Source of the DNA: Octopus sinensis
Lineage: Eukaryota
Direction: 5' to 3'
Length of the DNA: 64,000 bases
Assembly (NCBI RefSeq): GCF_006345805.1
Contig: NC_042999.1
Coordinates: 113,584,001-113,648,000, forward strand
Position 1 is the first letter of the stretch. The number at the start of each line of letters is the position of its first letter. The notes beneath the pieces are model-generated. The model ran no database searches, was not told the origin of the DNA, and worked only from the letters and a program-made list of their open reading frames with translations. Of this stretch, positions 35,951 through 48,620 are shown piece by piece. Made by a program: the position numbers and the translations under genes.

Positions 35951-37390
35951 GTGATAGGCGCAAAGATTAACCAGGAGTAGTCGGTAGGCCAACAGTTCGG
36001 CACCTAAACGAAAGGACCGTTTAAATTGCTCGGGATATGATTTGGCCCAGACTTTCAGGTGGACAAGAACGCGGGGGAGGTGACGAGCGGGGTGGTCAGT
36101 CTTACCCAGAAATGGGCAGAGAGGAAGCTGTTCCTGAGGGGTCGGGCAGAGGTGGTGAATGTGTACATAGCTTCTGTCATTTATTATCGCCTGATCGTCG
36201 TCTCTTACCCAGCTTCCTGACGGATCAAGCTGGAGCGCTTACTCTTCTGCTTTCTGTGCAAGGGACGTGTTCCGCTCGCCAGTAGCCGCTGAGTGGAGGA
36301 CTGGGCATGCCATGGCTAATGATGCGCTGAGGTAGCGACATTTCCAACGTTTGTTTAGTGGTAAGCAGGTGTGGTCACCGTTTGTCAGATGGGATTTTCC
36401 GTAGCTCGTCTCATTGACAGAGCTACAGTCCTGGATCAAGTATGAACCGAGCAAGGGCGCTTGGCATCTGGAGTGTCGGCAAGCGCTCACAGTCCTCTAC
36501 CAGTCGGATAATGCTGTGAGTGGAAGTTTCACATTGGAGTTCTATAGGGGATTAGTGACGGGCAAGAGCGACGACGTCGTCAGGGAAGCACTAGGTATCA
36601 GGAAAGATCAATTAGCTGGTCTTTTCCAGGAGACTTTTGGGTCGTAGCCTATGGATAATTTCTAGAAATCCCTGGCCTAGTAGTGCTGCCAGTTCGAGAC
36701 AAGCTCCACAGACACAGAAGTACTGTCAGACGGACTTGTTCGAGATATGCGCAGGGCGATGAAACAGTTTTGTGTGCACTCATCCAATGTCCGGGTGTTA
36801 CTGACACGTGGAGCTTTGTCGAACAGCTGTTGAAGCGTATAGGACGTACCCTGTTGTCAAGCGAACCAATCGTGAGGATCGCCCTGCTATCTTCTTTTGG
36901 TCAAGAAAGGGAGGCAGTTTTCTTTTGTCTGGTGACTGTAGCGAAAGAGGTAGTGTGGTGGGCGAGGTTGAAAGAACTGAAGACAGATACTGTTCTCTTC
37001 AGCCAAGCCTTCATCAACTTTTCAGTTTCTAATTTAAAAGGAAAGTGAAGGTGGAGAGTGAAGTTGTTACCCTGGTGTTTTTGTTGAAAGGTGGGTGAAG
37101 GTATCGAGGGTGGCCCGTGTGAATGGGCCTACTCTTAGCATACACCTGCAGGCCAAGGGGGCTGAGGAGGAGAGAGGTGTCTGCCTGTGGTGCCCTTAGC
37201 TGTCGAGATGACCAGGTTGTGTGGAGTTCCTAGGTCGACCCTGGGTGGAACCCTACCTCTTTTGGTGGAATTTTATTGTTAAATTTTTGTTTCCATTGTA
37301 TACACGTATTTTTGTCCTAAGTCCCACTTGTCCTTTGTTTTGTATTGTCCCTTCTTGTTTTGTTTTCGGCCCTAGTTGCCAATAAAGACA
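35951..37390 (+). mobile_element. Tx1/L1-clade LINE 3' fragment
   Basis: FGPDFQVDKN...KWAERKLFLRGRAEVVNVYIASVIYYRL...GGLGMP...ETVLCALIQC...RW; AATAAA at 37381 then (ATT/ATC)n. Confidence 0.8.
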
Positions 37391-37420
37391 AGATTATTAT
37401 CATTATTATAAAAAAATGAA

Positions 37421-37452
<32 letters not shown>

Positions 37453-37479
37453 TATCATTATTATTATCATTAGGCTATT

Positions 37480-39640
37480 AGAGTAGAGTCGATAAAGTTT
37501 TGTAAAAAAATAGTGATAGCGAATTCTAGAAAAGAAGGAGACCCACTATTAGGAACCTGGAAGAGGCTCTTAAGAAAGGTTTAGTGACTTATGAGCTGTC
37601 CATAAGATTGGTCCTTGACTAATTATTCACAAAGATTGCGTTGGACTTTACTACCCACCTCGACAACTCTAGACTCTCGATTGGGGATGCAGAGTTCTGC
37701 AAAAGGCTTCTAACAGTTGATGAAGTTAATGGTATCTGAACAGGTGAGAAGTCGTTGGGGTTGGATGGTCTTCCCTATGTGCTTTATCTTTATATACCAG
37801 ACTTATTCGAACAACCTCTTGGCACATATCTACTACGACAGGCATCAGAATTCTTAGTCTGCGAAACGAGATGTGGTGGTGTGCTACTATTGCTGTTGCT
37901 GCTGCTGTTGAGCGAAGCGGTCTTCGTCCCAGTGGGAGAAGTCCGAAACGTGGTCCTTTGCTATTCGTAAGACCCGCAGAAGAGAAAGCAGGTCAACCCC
38001 CGACACCGAGAGCATCGACGGATGGATGAATGCGCATCCAGGCTCAGCGGTTGCGTAGGCAGTCGGGGACAAGAAACAGGAAGAAAGAGTGAGAGAAAGT
38101 TGGAGCGAAAGAGTACAACAGGGGCCGAGTGGAGCTTTAGGTGTTTTCGCTCAATAAACACACACAACGCCCGGTCTGGGAATCGAAACCGCGATCCTCC
38201 GATCGCGAGTCTGCTGCCCTAACCATTAGGCCATTGTGCCTCCACTGAAAGAGTCAGCAGAAGTTTCGCCATTACCCGCGTGGAGCTCATAAACACACAC
38301 ATCACCCGGTCTGAGATTCGAACCCGCGATCCCTCGACCGCTGCTCTAACCACTAGGCCATGTGTGCTGTTGCTGCTGAGAAAGGTCCCAAATGCAGAGT
38401 GATTCTGACAACTTTAGGCACGTAACTTTGCTAAATACAGAGTTTAAGTTTTGGATTAAGGTGTTGGTGAAGAGGTTGACACTTGATATTCTGGTTGGTG
38501 GTGCACAGACATACACCGTACCAAATGGATTTATCCCCAACAGCCTCCATTTCACGGGGTACATCATAGAAAGGGGAGATAAGGAACCTATCATGGGGTG
38601 AGCTCTGATTAATTTAGATCAGTTGAAAGCTTTCGAAATGATTGTCCATTAAAAAATAGCAGGTGTCCTCATGGTGATTGGTTTGGTCCTGTCTTCAACA
38701 GCTGGATTGCTGCAATGTACAACAACATCTGCTCGGTGGTCAAAGTAAACAATGTGTCGTCAAGTTCTCACAGTCCTCATCCAATCGGCAATGCGGTTGG
38801 TAGAAGTTCTACTATGCAAAAGCGACGATGTTCTTGAGAAGACTCAAGACATAAATGAGAAACAAGCTGGACTGTTCCAGAGAATTTGGGGACTGGAGCC
38901 CATGGATAATTTCCAGAAATCTCTGGCTTGGTAGTGCTACCGAGGCCATTGTTGGTTCGAAGTAAAATCTCGTGGAAGTGCCGCTTGCTGGGCTTGCCCG
39001 AGAGGTATGCGTAGTGATAAAACTGTTCTGTAGGCATTCGTTCAATGTCCGAGAATTACCAACAAGTGGAGTTGTATCGAACATCTGCTGTCATGAGTGG
39101 AAAAATACGACTATGAGCTGAGTCCATAGTGAAGATTGTTTTACCGTCTTCCTTTGTCCGAAAAGGACAGGCAGAGTTTATCTATCTGGTGGCCTTAGCA
39201 AAAGAGATTGTATGGTGAAAGAAACTGAAATCGTTGAAGTCAAACGCTTTCCTCATTGGCCAATCCCTCATCTATTTTTCCAGATATTTCGTGAAAAAAA
39301 TAAAGAGTGGAAAGGTAAGTATTACCTTCTAGCAAACTCCTTGAAAGATGGATGACAGTGGTATACATGGTCTGAATGATTAGGCCTGCTTTGAACTTGC
39401 TCTTTTAGATTGAAGGATGACTGAAGTGGGAGGATATTTGCCTAAGAGGTCTGGGTAACTGTATATTTGTGTGTGGATTCTGCAAGTAGTCATCAGATAT
39501 CTTCCCACTATTGGCGAACTTTTCATAGACAAAATTGTTTTGTTACTTCATTGTTTTTGTTGTAAGTCTATGTACATGTACAAACCCCTCTGTAGTTTTC
39601 TGTTTTGTATCAATGTCTTTTGTACTTTTGTAGGCTCTTG
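37480..39640 (+). mobile_element. Second Tx1/L1-clade LINE fragment, interrupted by a dimeric SINE
   Basis: GLDGLPY...DNFRHVTLLNTEFKFW...GAQTYTVP...QLKAF; 3' zinc-binding region similar to the 35951 copy. Confidence 0.75.
37896..38361 (-). mobile_element. Dimeric tRNA-derived SINE with (CAG/CAA)n tail
   Basis: Two tandem heads with A box TGGCCTAGTGG/TGGCCTAATGG and B box GTTCGAATC/GTTTCGATTCC; degenerate TSD GTGTGCT....TGCTG at 37879-95 and 38362-78. Confidence 0.75.
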
Positions 39641-40494
39641 TGGCTAATAAACAAGTAATCATTTGCATGCCAAGCAAAACGCTTAGCAGCATTTCGTCTG
39701 CCTTTACATTCTGATTTCAAATGCTGTGAAGGTCGACTTTGCCTTTTATCTTGTTGGGATTGGTAAAATAAGTACCAGTCGAGCCCTGGGATTGATGTAA
39801 TTGACAAGCCCACACCCTCCAAGATTTCAGGCTTTGTGCCTGTAGTAGAAAGGATTATAATTCAACCAAGGTCAACTTTGCCTTCCACCCTTTCAGGTTT
39901 GATGAAATAAAGTGTCAGTAAGCTACTCCAGTCGATGTAATCAACTAGCTCCTGCCCTTAAAATTGCTCATATGAATTCAGCATTGTAGAAAAAGTTGAT
40001 GAAGGCAAAATTTTGATAAATATAAACAGTTCAAAAGTCTAATAAATTGGTTTGCTATAATGATGAGGAAAAGTCCAATGTTTCAGTCAGTATCCTATGT
40101 AGGGGAACGAGGCTTTCTGGTGGTACTGATTATGAACAAATTAGGATTAGGGAAAGAGAGAAAATTGCATGTGGAATGTATTATACAAAATAAAATAAAG
40201 GATGTTATATGGTGACACATGTTGGACAGTAGAGAAGAGATAACCAGCAATAACAATTGCAATTTTGAAAGACACAAAAGAAGAGAAACAAAAGAAGAGA
40301 AACAAAAGAAGAGAAACAAAAGCAGAGAAAGAGAAAGCAACAAAAAGATGATTATCACTATGGATTCCAGAAAATTCAAAAGTAAATTGACAAATTTAGA
40401 AGAAAAAAAAGGAAGAGAAAAGGGAGGCTAGAAGAAGAAAAAGAACATATTCCTATATATGTATATATATATATATATATGAAGGGAAAGTTTA

Positions 40495-40670
40495 CAAAAA
40501 TAAACAAAAAGACGAAGACAGGTGGTGTACAAAACAAACAAATGTATTAGTATAGCGCTCAGGAATAGAAAAAGTCTTTTAAGTTTCGAACCTATGCTCT
40601 TCGACAGAAAGATACACAGAAAAAAACAAGGAGAGAAAGAAATGCGTGTAGGAGCTAACGATCTCTATAT
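40495..40670 (-). mobile_element. Second hammerhead-bearing short element in (TA)n
   Basis: CTTT CTGTCGA A GAGC ATAG GTTC GAAAC TT AAAAG followed by TTCCTGAGCGCTATACTAATAC. Confidence 0.55.
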
Positions 40671-40689
40671 ATATATAACATATTAGCAT

Positions 40690-41350
40690 GCGAAAGAGTC
40701 TGACATCAACTTGAGAATGAGGAGCATTTATCAACACTTGTAAGTAATGAGATTCTTAAAATAAAGATAAGGTATTTCTCTCTGCACTTGTGGGTGTAGG
40801 GCAAGCATCATGTAAGATGATTCTACAAACTGGAAGGTGATTCATAGAGTTGCTTGGCGATCTGAAATGGGCAGTTTGAAGAATTCCTGAGTGTTGTAAC
40901 AAACATCAAATGTGTTCATCGAAGTGATCACCTAGATGATGAAGCTACACCATCCATACAGGAAGAAGACAATCATGAAGTTGATGTAAATGAACAACAA
41001 ATGAATGAAATAACTGTAAAGGAACCTGACATGATATTTCAGGAATCTAAAGCAATTAACAATGGATATCAGCCCTAACATCTAACAAATCAAACAAGTT
41101 CAGCATAACTTGGACAAATCACTGTTCCTACAAGTAGATGTATGCAGAGAAAAAGCAAGGAAAATGTTGTTCAAATGACCTTGGATAAGTATTTTTTATC
41201 GAAATAAATTTGTAAAAACATCTTTTTTTTTATGTGTTCTCTAGTAAAACATACTGTTTCATTTCCAATAAACTATTGAATTATAAATGTATTTTTCTTA
41301 GATTTTCTATAGGACTAGTTTGTTAGTTACACGATCAGTGATTGTATGAC
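40690..41350 (+). mobile_element. Possible pogo/Tigger C-terminal remnant
   Basis: Acidic stretch DDEATPSIQEEDNHEVDV...ITVKE and end KSKENVVQMTLDKYFLSK*; CACTG-TA end at ~41350. Confidence 0.35.
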
Positions 41351-42199
41351 ACTGTATTTTCTATAAACTGCAAACGAGATCAGATCATGCCTGGCAAACG
41401 AGTGCCCACCACTGAAGTGATCCAATAAGATCAAAATCACGAGACCTGGTGGTTTTTGAGCTAGAGTGGCAGGAGTTCTCTCCTGCTTGTAATGAATATC
41501 AAGTGTGAAAGCGCACTAAATAACCAGCTGGAGGAGATGTCTTCCTGGGGTTAAAACAGCAGTATTGTTGGTTCTTAGAGAACACCTGTGCTAAAATGGT
41601 GATAAACACTACCCTTTATTATTTTATTACTTTGAAATGGAATATAGTATTTAAAAAGTTTTTTTCTAAAATAGTTTCATTTAAGTATTTTGAAAATTCT
41701 TGGGCCAATAACTGCATGTCTTATTACCATGTTTAATTTGCATGGTCTTCGGTAGTGCAGCATTTTCTCAGAAACAATTAACTGTACTAACCAAGGAAGT
41801 GCTATTGTGTAGCTGCATACATTTGCTAAAATCCAATAATACAATTAAATACTCATAAAAAATACTAATCACCTATGTAGATAATAAATCATACCTCCAA
41901 GTATGTGCTTAGCTTTGTAATATTTTTGTAATGATCCAAAGTTTTCAGTGGAGCCATTTTATTTTCAGTTACTGCTATCTTCAGATGTGATGGATTATGG
42001 AATGATGTCATAATAAAAAGAGATAGTATTTAATTTAAATTTTATCATACTTTGATCAAACTTCAGTTACAGATTTGTTTTCCCCTAAAATTTACTTTTA
42101 ACAAATTGAACGAAAAGAAATAATCATGTGTCTGTTTAACAAATCTATAAAATCCTTACACTTGCTCTGAAAGTGGAATCCTTACTTTTCATTTCAAAG

Positions 42200-42271
42200 G
42201 TTACCAGTTTATTGGACCCAATGTGCTGGTATTGTACAGAGTGGAGACACACACTCAGCACATTAAGTCAG
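42200..42271 (+). other. Exon candidate A (72 nt; 5'UTR or coding)
   Basis: Acceptor ttttcatttcaaag, donor TCAG|gttggt. Confidence 0.35.
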
Positions 42272-42568
42272 GTTGGTAAATTTGTAATCTAAATTTCATT
42301 AGGTTATGACTTAAATGTAAAAGAAAGCAATTTTGTCTGTTTGTATCACATACATCTGCCTGACTAAACTGTTTCTTTTTATTTATGACTGAGAGGCAAA
42401 TGAGTCTACAATGGCACATGCTGTTCATTGAAGTGCTAAGTGCATTTTAAATAAGAGTTTGTCATCTATTTTTTAAAAAAACTAAGAATTTATAGATCAG
42501 AATGACTCCAATGCCATTTCATGAATGTATGTTCTTTTTATTTATTTATTCATTAATTTATTTTCTAG

Positions 42569-42683
42569 CAAACATGACATCTGGTGTGGTTGGTTTATTC
42601 ATGTTGTCACTGCTGCTCCCTGGAATAGATGCTGCTTTCTTGAATGCTGACACACAACAGCTGTGCTCCTACTTATGTAATAT
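42569..42683 (+). CDS. Exon candidate B encoding a signal-peptide-like N-terminus
   Basis: Acceptor ttattttctag, CAAACATG context, MTSGVVGLFMLSLLLPGIDA-AFLNADTQQLCSYLCN; alternative donors after 42676 (gtaata) or 42683 (gtatgt). Confidence 0.4.
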
Positions 42684-42862
42684 GTATGTATTACAGAATT
42701 AACTACCTTGTTCTAGATAAAGGTCCAATGTTTTTCAGGAGATTATGTAGAGTTATATAAACTGTCACTCATCCAGCTACAATAATAGATAATATGTTGA
42801 TTTTCACTCACTTCCCAACGTTATCTTTCTCTCTCTCTCTCTCTCTCCCTCTCTCTCCTCAG

Positions 42863-42914
42863 TGACAACCAGTACAACTTTTTTTGTAGAACCAGATCTA
42901 AAGACCATACTTAT
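42863..42914 (+). CDS. Exon candidate C (52 nt)
   Basis: Acceptor after (CT)n ctcctcag, donor TAT|gtaatt; open in both phases compatible with the two exon B donors. Confidence 0.3.
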
Positions 42915-43239
42915 GTAATTCAAGAATTATTATTATGTTGAAGCTTGGCACAATATCCTGGCTTGCTAGCTCCTTGTCAAACTATCCAATCCATGCCAAC
43001 ATAGATGAATATTTTTCACCCCCATCATCTTCAAGTATCACTGGAAAAGGAAGATGATAGTAGAGAGAGTGGTGCTGCCTCCTAGTGCAGCACTCCACAA
43101 CTAGTATGCCGCAGCACACTGGTGTGCCACGAGACTGTGCTAGGTGTGCCACAGTGTAACCTGAATATAACTTTTTTCCCCTATGCTTTTAGTCCAAGTG
43201 TGCTACTGAATTTTGAAAAGAATATAAGTGTACCATTAT

Positions 43240-43580
43240 TATCATCGTCATTTAACGTCTGCTTTCTATGCTGTCATGGGTTGGGTGGTTTGAATGAGGA
43301 CTGACAAGCCAGAAGGCTGTAATAGGCTCCAGTCTGATCTGGCAAGGTTTCTACAGCCCTTCCTAATGCCAACCACTTCGAGAGTGTAGTGGGTGGTTTT
43401 TACATGCCACCAGCATAAGGGCCAGTCAAGCGGTACTGGCATCGACCACACTTGAATGGCGCTTTTTACATGCCACCAGCACGAGAGTCAGTCAGGCAGC
43501 ACTGGCAACAACCATGCTAGAATGGTACTTTTTATGTGCCACCGGCACAGGAGCCAGTCAGGCAGCACTGGCAAGTGAAA
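43240..43580 (-). mobile_element. RTE LINE 3'UTR fragment with ~60-bp subrepeats and (GAT)n tail
   Basis: CATCATTTAACGTC...CCCTTCCTAATGCCAACCAC...TGCCACCAGCA repeats; same family at 44056, 48435, 61385 and 61910. Confidence 0.75.
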
Positions 43581-43844
43581 AAGGTTGTTGAGCACTGTTC
43601 TAGTGTCTTCAACAAAAGATAGGTGGGAGTGGCAAGGCTGGTAAGGCTGAATATACTCTCAGTATACATTTCTAAGTGGAAGGAAGGAAACAAAGAAAAG
43701 ATACTTTTGTTGTCTTAGTTGTGACAGAGTAATCCAGGCTTTTGTGTGGGATTTCCCTCTAATTACCTTAAGTGGTCCTCCCACCAAATTAGAAACTTTT
43801 TTTCCTTGGCAATCTTTATTCTTTTGTATTTTTATCTTCTACAT

Positions 43845-44483
43845 GTTCCAATCAATTTTGTTTGTAGTCATGCTGGGATACTGCTTTGAAGGGTTTTAGT
43901 TAAACAAATCTACCCAGGACCTATTTTTTAAAGCCTGGTACTTATTCTGTTGGTCTTTTTTGCCAAACCACTAAGTTAGAGGGATATAAACATCCCAATA
44001 CTGCTTGATGAGCAATGGCGAGGGACAAACACAGACACAAAGACTTGTACACACACATCATCATCATCATCATCATTTAACGTCCGTTTTCCTTGCTAGC
44101 ATGAGTTGGACAGTTCGACCGAGGACTGGGAAGTCAGGAAGCTGCACCAAGCACCAATCTGATCTGGCAGTGTTTCTACAGCTGGATGCCCTTCCTAACA
44201 CCAACCACTCCATGAGTGTAGTGGGTGCTTTTATGTGCTACCAGCACAGGGGCCAGAGGAGGCTGGCAACGGCCACAATCGGTTGGTGCTTTTTATGTGC
44301 CATATATATATATATATATACAATAGGCTTCTTTCAGTTTCCATCTACTGAATCCTCTCACAAAGCTTTGGTTGGCCCAAAGCTATAACAGGAAACACTT
44401 GCCCAAGGTGCTACACGGTGAGACTGAGCCTGGGACCATGTGTTTGAGAAGCAAGCTTCTTACCAAACAGCCATGCCTGCACC
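43845..44483 (-). mobile_element. SINE family A split by an RTE 3'UTR insertion (44056-44302) at its internal microsatellite
   Basis: SINE 3' half at 43845-44050 and 5' half at 44323-44483 flank the inserted element. Confidence 0.75.
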
Positions 44484-44675
44484 TATTTTTGATCTGTCTT
44501 TTAAAAAAATGCTTCATTTTTACTTGATGTAAAGACCATTTTATGTGCATTTGATTTTTCATTTTTATATTTTACTCTATGTCTTGGGTTCTTGTAAGCA
44601 GTAATAGAAATTTTCACTGCCATCATCAAAATTATTGTTATTATTATCATTATCAACATCATTATCATTGTTATT

Positions 44676-44787
44676 ATTAGCAGCATTTCATCCATCTACA
44701 CATTCCGAGTTCAAATTCAGCCAAATTTTGGCTTCCATCCTCTTTTTTTTTTTGGCAGGGAGGGGGTCAATAAAATAAGTACCAGTT

Positions 44788-44827
<40 letters not shown>

Positions 44828-45040
44828 GGTGGTGAGCTGGCAGAATCATTAGCATGCCAGGCAAAATGCTTAACAGTATTTTGCCCATCATTACGTTCTG
44901 AGTTCCAATTCCACCAAGGTCAACTTTGCCTTGCAACCTTTCGGGTTTCAATAAAATAAGTACCAGTGGAGCACTAAAGATGATGTAACTGACTAGTCCT
45001 TTCCCACCAAATTTCAGGCCTTGTGCCTTTAGTAGAAAGG

Positions 45041-45082
<42 letters not shown>

Positions 45083-45425
45083 GTTATTATTAAGGTGGTG
45101 AGCTGGCAGGATCATTAGCATGCTGGGCAAAATGCTTGTGTCTTTACACTCTGAATTTGAGATTTACACCCCTCTCTGAAGTTGCTGGCCTCGTGTCAAA
45201 ATTTGAAATCATTATTATTATTATTATTAAGGTGTGACCTGGCAGAATCATTAGCATGCTGGGAAAAATGCTTAGTAGCATTATGTCCATTCTGTGTTCA
45301 AATTCTGCTGAGGTCAACTTTGCTTTTCATCCTTTAGAGGTCGATAAAATAAGTACCAGTTGAACACTAGGGTCATTGTAATCAACTAGTCTCCTCGCCT
45401 GGTTTTGTGTCAAAATTTGAAATTA
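44676..45425 (+). mobile_element. Head-to-tail array of four SINE-B copies separated by (ATT)n
   Basis: Repeated AGGTGGTGAGCTGGCAG.ATCATTAGCATGC heads at ~44826, 45091 and 45229, plus a partial copy at 44676. Confidence 0.85.
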
Positions 45426-45443
45426 TTATCATTATTATTCTAG

Positions 45444-45527
45444 AAACCAATGTCCAGACAGTTGCAGAATGCAAGTTGGTGTGAAGTGGTCACGAAGATC
45501 TCTCAACTCAGTTCTTCACTTCAAGAG
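45444..45527 (+). CDS. Exon candidate D (84 nt)
   Basis: Acceptor ttattctag, strong donor GAG|gtaagc; open in phase 0 (KPMSRQLQNASWCEVV...) and phase 2 (NQCPDSCRMQVGVKWSRRSLNSVLHFK). Confidence 0.35.
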
Positions 45528-45609
45528 GTAAGCAGCAACAGTGAAATAGTCACCCTCCTAACCCTTTCATCCAATTCACATGATATTCATTCTATCAACT
45601 TGTGATACA

Positions 45610-45834
45610 TATGGGGGATGGAGGGTTGCTGGAAAGTTCCTGGCTTTAAGGGTATTGTGAAAGGACCCATTGGAAGTCCAACCTTCCAAGTTCTTTTACA
45701 GGGCTTAGAAAAACTGAGTGACCACTGCAATAAGTGTGTGAATTTGGAAAGGGAATATGTTGAATAAAATCATAATTAACTGATCTTCCCGTATTTTCTT
45801 TTACTCAGAGCCAGGAACTTTTCAGCACTCTTTC

Positions 45835-45837
<3 letters not shown>
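45610..45837 (+). mobile_element. Internally deleted mariner (MITE)
   Basis: TIR TGCTGGAAAGTTCCTGGCT / AGCCAGGAACTTTTCAGCA; retains a transposase end CNKCVNLEREYVE*. Confidence 0.7.
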
Positions 45838-45876
<39 letters not shown>

Positions 45877-45889
45877 ATATATATATATA

Positions 45890-45920
<31 letters not shown>

Positions 45921-45990
45921 ATATATATGTGTGTGTGTGTATGTATATATATGTATGTATGTATGTATATATATGTATGTATGTATATAT

Positions 45991-46024
<34 letters not shown>

Positions 46025-46041
46025 GTATGTATATATTATAT

Positions 46042-46127
<86 letters not shown>

Positions 46128-46216
46128 TATATGTATGTATGTATATATTATATATATGTATGTATTATATATATATATGTATGTATATATATATATATAT
46201 ATATGTATGTATATAT

Positions 46217-46297
<81 letters not shown>

Positions 46298-46310
46298 ATA
46301 TATATATATG

Positions 46311-46350
<40 letters not shown>

Positions 46351-46355
46351 AGTGT
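45838..46355. repeat. (TA)/(TATG)/(TG) compound microsatellite
   Basis: Directly visible. Confidence 0.95.
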
Positions 46356-46433
46356 GTATTACATCACATTTCTTCCTTTCAATAATAAAATAATGAGAAA
46401 TCATTAAGTCAGCTTTCTCTTCTGACATTACAG

Positions 46434-46538
46434 AAGTGTGCTGATGGAAAGCAGGAAAGAAAAGTGAAATCAACATGCAACAATCAATGCAGAAAAGACT
46501 TACAAATTCAACAAGCCATTGATACAGTACAGTTATAG
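46434..46538 (+). CDS. Terminal exon candidate E
   Basis: Acceptor tttctcttctgacattacag; phase 0 KCADGKQERKVKSTCNNQCRKDLQIQQAIDTVQL*. Confidence 0.3.
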   Translation, partial: KCADGKQERKVKSTCNNQCRKDLQIQQAIDTVQL

Positions 46539-48434
46539 TTGCTGGAGATGTGTGCAGTAGAGAGGTAGAAGAAAACCGATATGTGAAATCTATTGAACAT
46601 GCAAAGTATTTGATTAGAAAGAAAAAAAAAATAATAACTATTTATAAACTGTAGTTTTTTTTTTTTTATAAAATAATTTATCATCAAAAGAATATATATT
46701 TATTTTAATGTTATATTAAAATCCTAGTTGTATCTTCTTTTTTTTTATTTGATTAGCAATAGCACACAAGATGGTTGTGGAGGTCAGAAACTTGATGTAA
46801 AACTTAGTTGTAAAACCTTATTCAGTGCTTTATGATATTTGTCTTTAGTTAACACCAGTTTTGATAGGTTTACATCCTGTTACAGCTGCTTTTGTGTCGC
46901 TCACACTCATACACACATTCTTAACACTCATTCACACGCATACACACTTTCACATGGAGACACATTTTCATGCTAATTACACATCCACACACCCATACAC
47001 ATTTCAAACACATACACACACACACACAGAGCTTGTGTTTTGGCTTTATATTTTAAGAATTTAAAATGAATTGACCCTTGATATTCCCATGTTGGATTGG
47101 ATGGGAGATTTTGTGAAAAGTATGAATAATGTTTAGCCTCTCTAGTTAACCTTAATGAGCAGACCTATGATGAAAGGAAGGCAGTCCAATCATGACCATC
47201 CTCTCTTTTTAATAGCATCTATGATTACAAAAGCTAATATGTTCTTTTTTCTAAGATGATGGAGTGTCATTTGAAGAATATTTGACTGCTAGGTTTAGCA
47301 GGTCAAACAATTTCATAGAGGCTTCCTGGTAACTCTTTCACCTATTGATGAGGCAAATGAAATAGGAGAGTAATATCTCTTATCTTGTTATAAAACATAA
47401 CAACTAGAGCAAAGATTGAACTCAAGTACATATGGTCAGTAACAGTCCACCGTCATAATGTCAGACACTGAATCTTCAGTTATCTCTCTCTCTTTCTTCT
47501 CACACACACGCACATGCACGCACGCACGCACACACACACACACACACAGACACACACATATATGCACATGCATGCGCATACAGAAAGGAATCCAGCTGAT
47601 GATGTACAAATATTACTTTTGGTTGAAATAAAATGATATAAATGAAATCTGAAAATGTTATTTAATCCTACATTTCTTTTATGATAAATGATCTAAATCA
47701 GTCATGAGTGAACTACAGGCAGTTGGGCTTTCTGAATGGCATGCTTAACTAAAAATTACCATGAAATTTTCTTAGTAGTGAGGCTCACCTAATGGTGAGC
47801 CATGTCTCATGTGGTCTGCTTCTTGAAAACAGTTGCCCATGCCTGCTAAAAATGTTGGCGATCTAGTAGTATTGTGTGTGTGTGTGTGTGAGTGTGTATT
47901 AACAATAACCTAAAATAAGTAATACTTAAAAGGAAATAATGTTGGGCTTCTCAATTGTATTTGATATTAAAAGTAAAATATGCATGGATGGCTTTTGTTT
48001 GTTTAGACTCACTGAATGTTTGCAAAAAAAAGAATCTTCTACTTCTGTTGACAAAAAGTTTTTTAAAAATTCAAGTTTCCAGTTAATTAATTCCAAGAAT
48101 ATTTAATTATCCATTTATTTCTAATTTTTTGTAATGTGTTAAAATAAACACTTCTATATATATTAGTAACAGAGGCAATGTTAAAACAGAGAGGTATTAT
48201 TTATGTCCACTTAAACATGGATGTTCTGCCAGAACAAACTATACTGCAATTATCATGAGAGAAACTCTCATATTGGCTTTTGGGGCAAAATATTACTTCT
48301 TGTTTCACTGAATCTTGTCAATGATGGACAAGGAAGGTCAAAATCACATGGTCTTGGCATAGAGAAGGCAGGGATTTATCTCCCTGCTAGCGATATAAAC
48401 AAGAGTAGATTTTGCACCAGTTTCTCTCAAAATC

Positions 48435-48620
48435 ATCATCATTATCATTTAACATCCGCTTTCCATGCTAGCATGGGTTGGCAAACCAGATGGCTGCACC
48501 AGACTCCAATCTGATCTGGCAGAGTTTCTACAGCTGGATGCCCTTCCTAACACCAACCACTCTGAGAGTGTAGTGGGTGATTTTACGTGCCACTGCCACA
48601 AGGGCCAGTCAAGCAGTACT
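48435..48620 (-). mobile_element. RTE 3'UTR fragment
   Basis: CATCATTTAACATCCGCTTTCCATGCTAGCATGGG...GATGCCCTTCCTAACACCAACCAC. Confidence 0.75.

Noticed and set aside
37915-37970. GGA-GAAG-TCC-GAAAC-GTG-GTC resembling a hammerhead half
   Set aside because: No CUGANGA upstream; better explained as the complement of the SINE 3' hairpin.
38140-38361. tRNA-like sequences with A and B boxes
   Set aside because: They continue into SINE bodies and lack a proper acceptor stem and terminator, so they are SINE heads, not tRNA genes.
40219-40431. Lys/Glu-rich ORF with four 14-15-bp ACAAAAGAAGAGAA repeats
   Set aside because: Low-complexity purine repeat without convincing splice signals.
42569-42914. 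Assignment of exons B-C to an SLC27/FATP acyl-CoA synthetase
   Set aside because: The similarity is limited to two short words with wrong spacing, and no AMP-binding motif exon was found, so no gene symbol is given.
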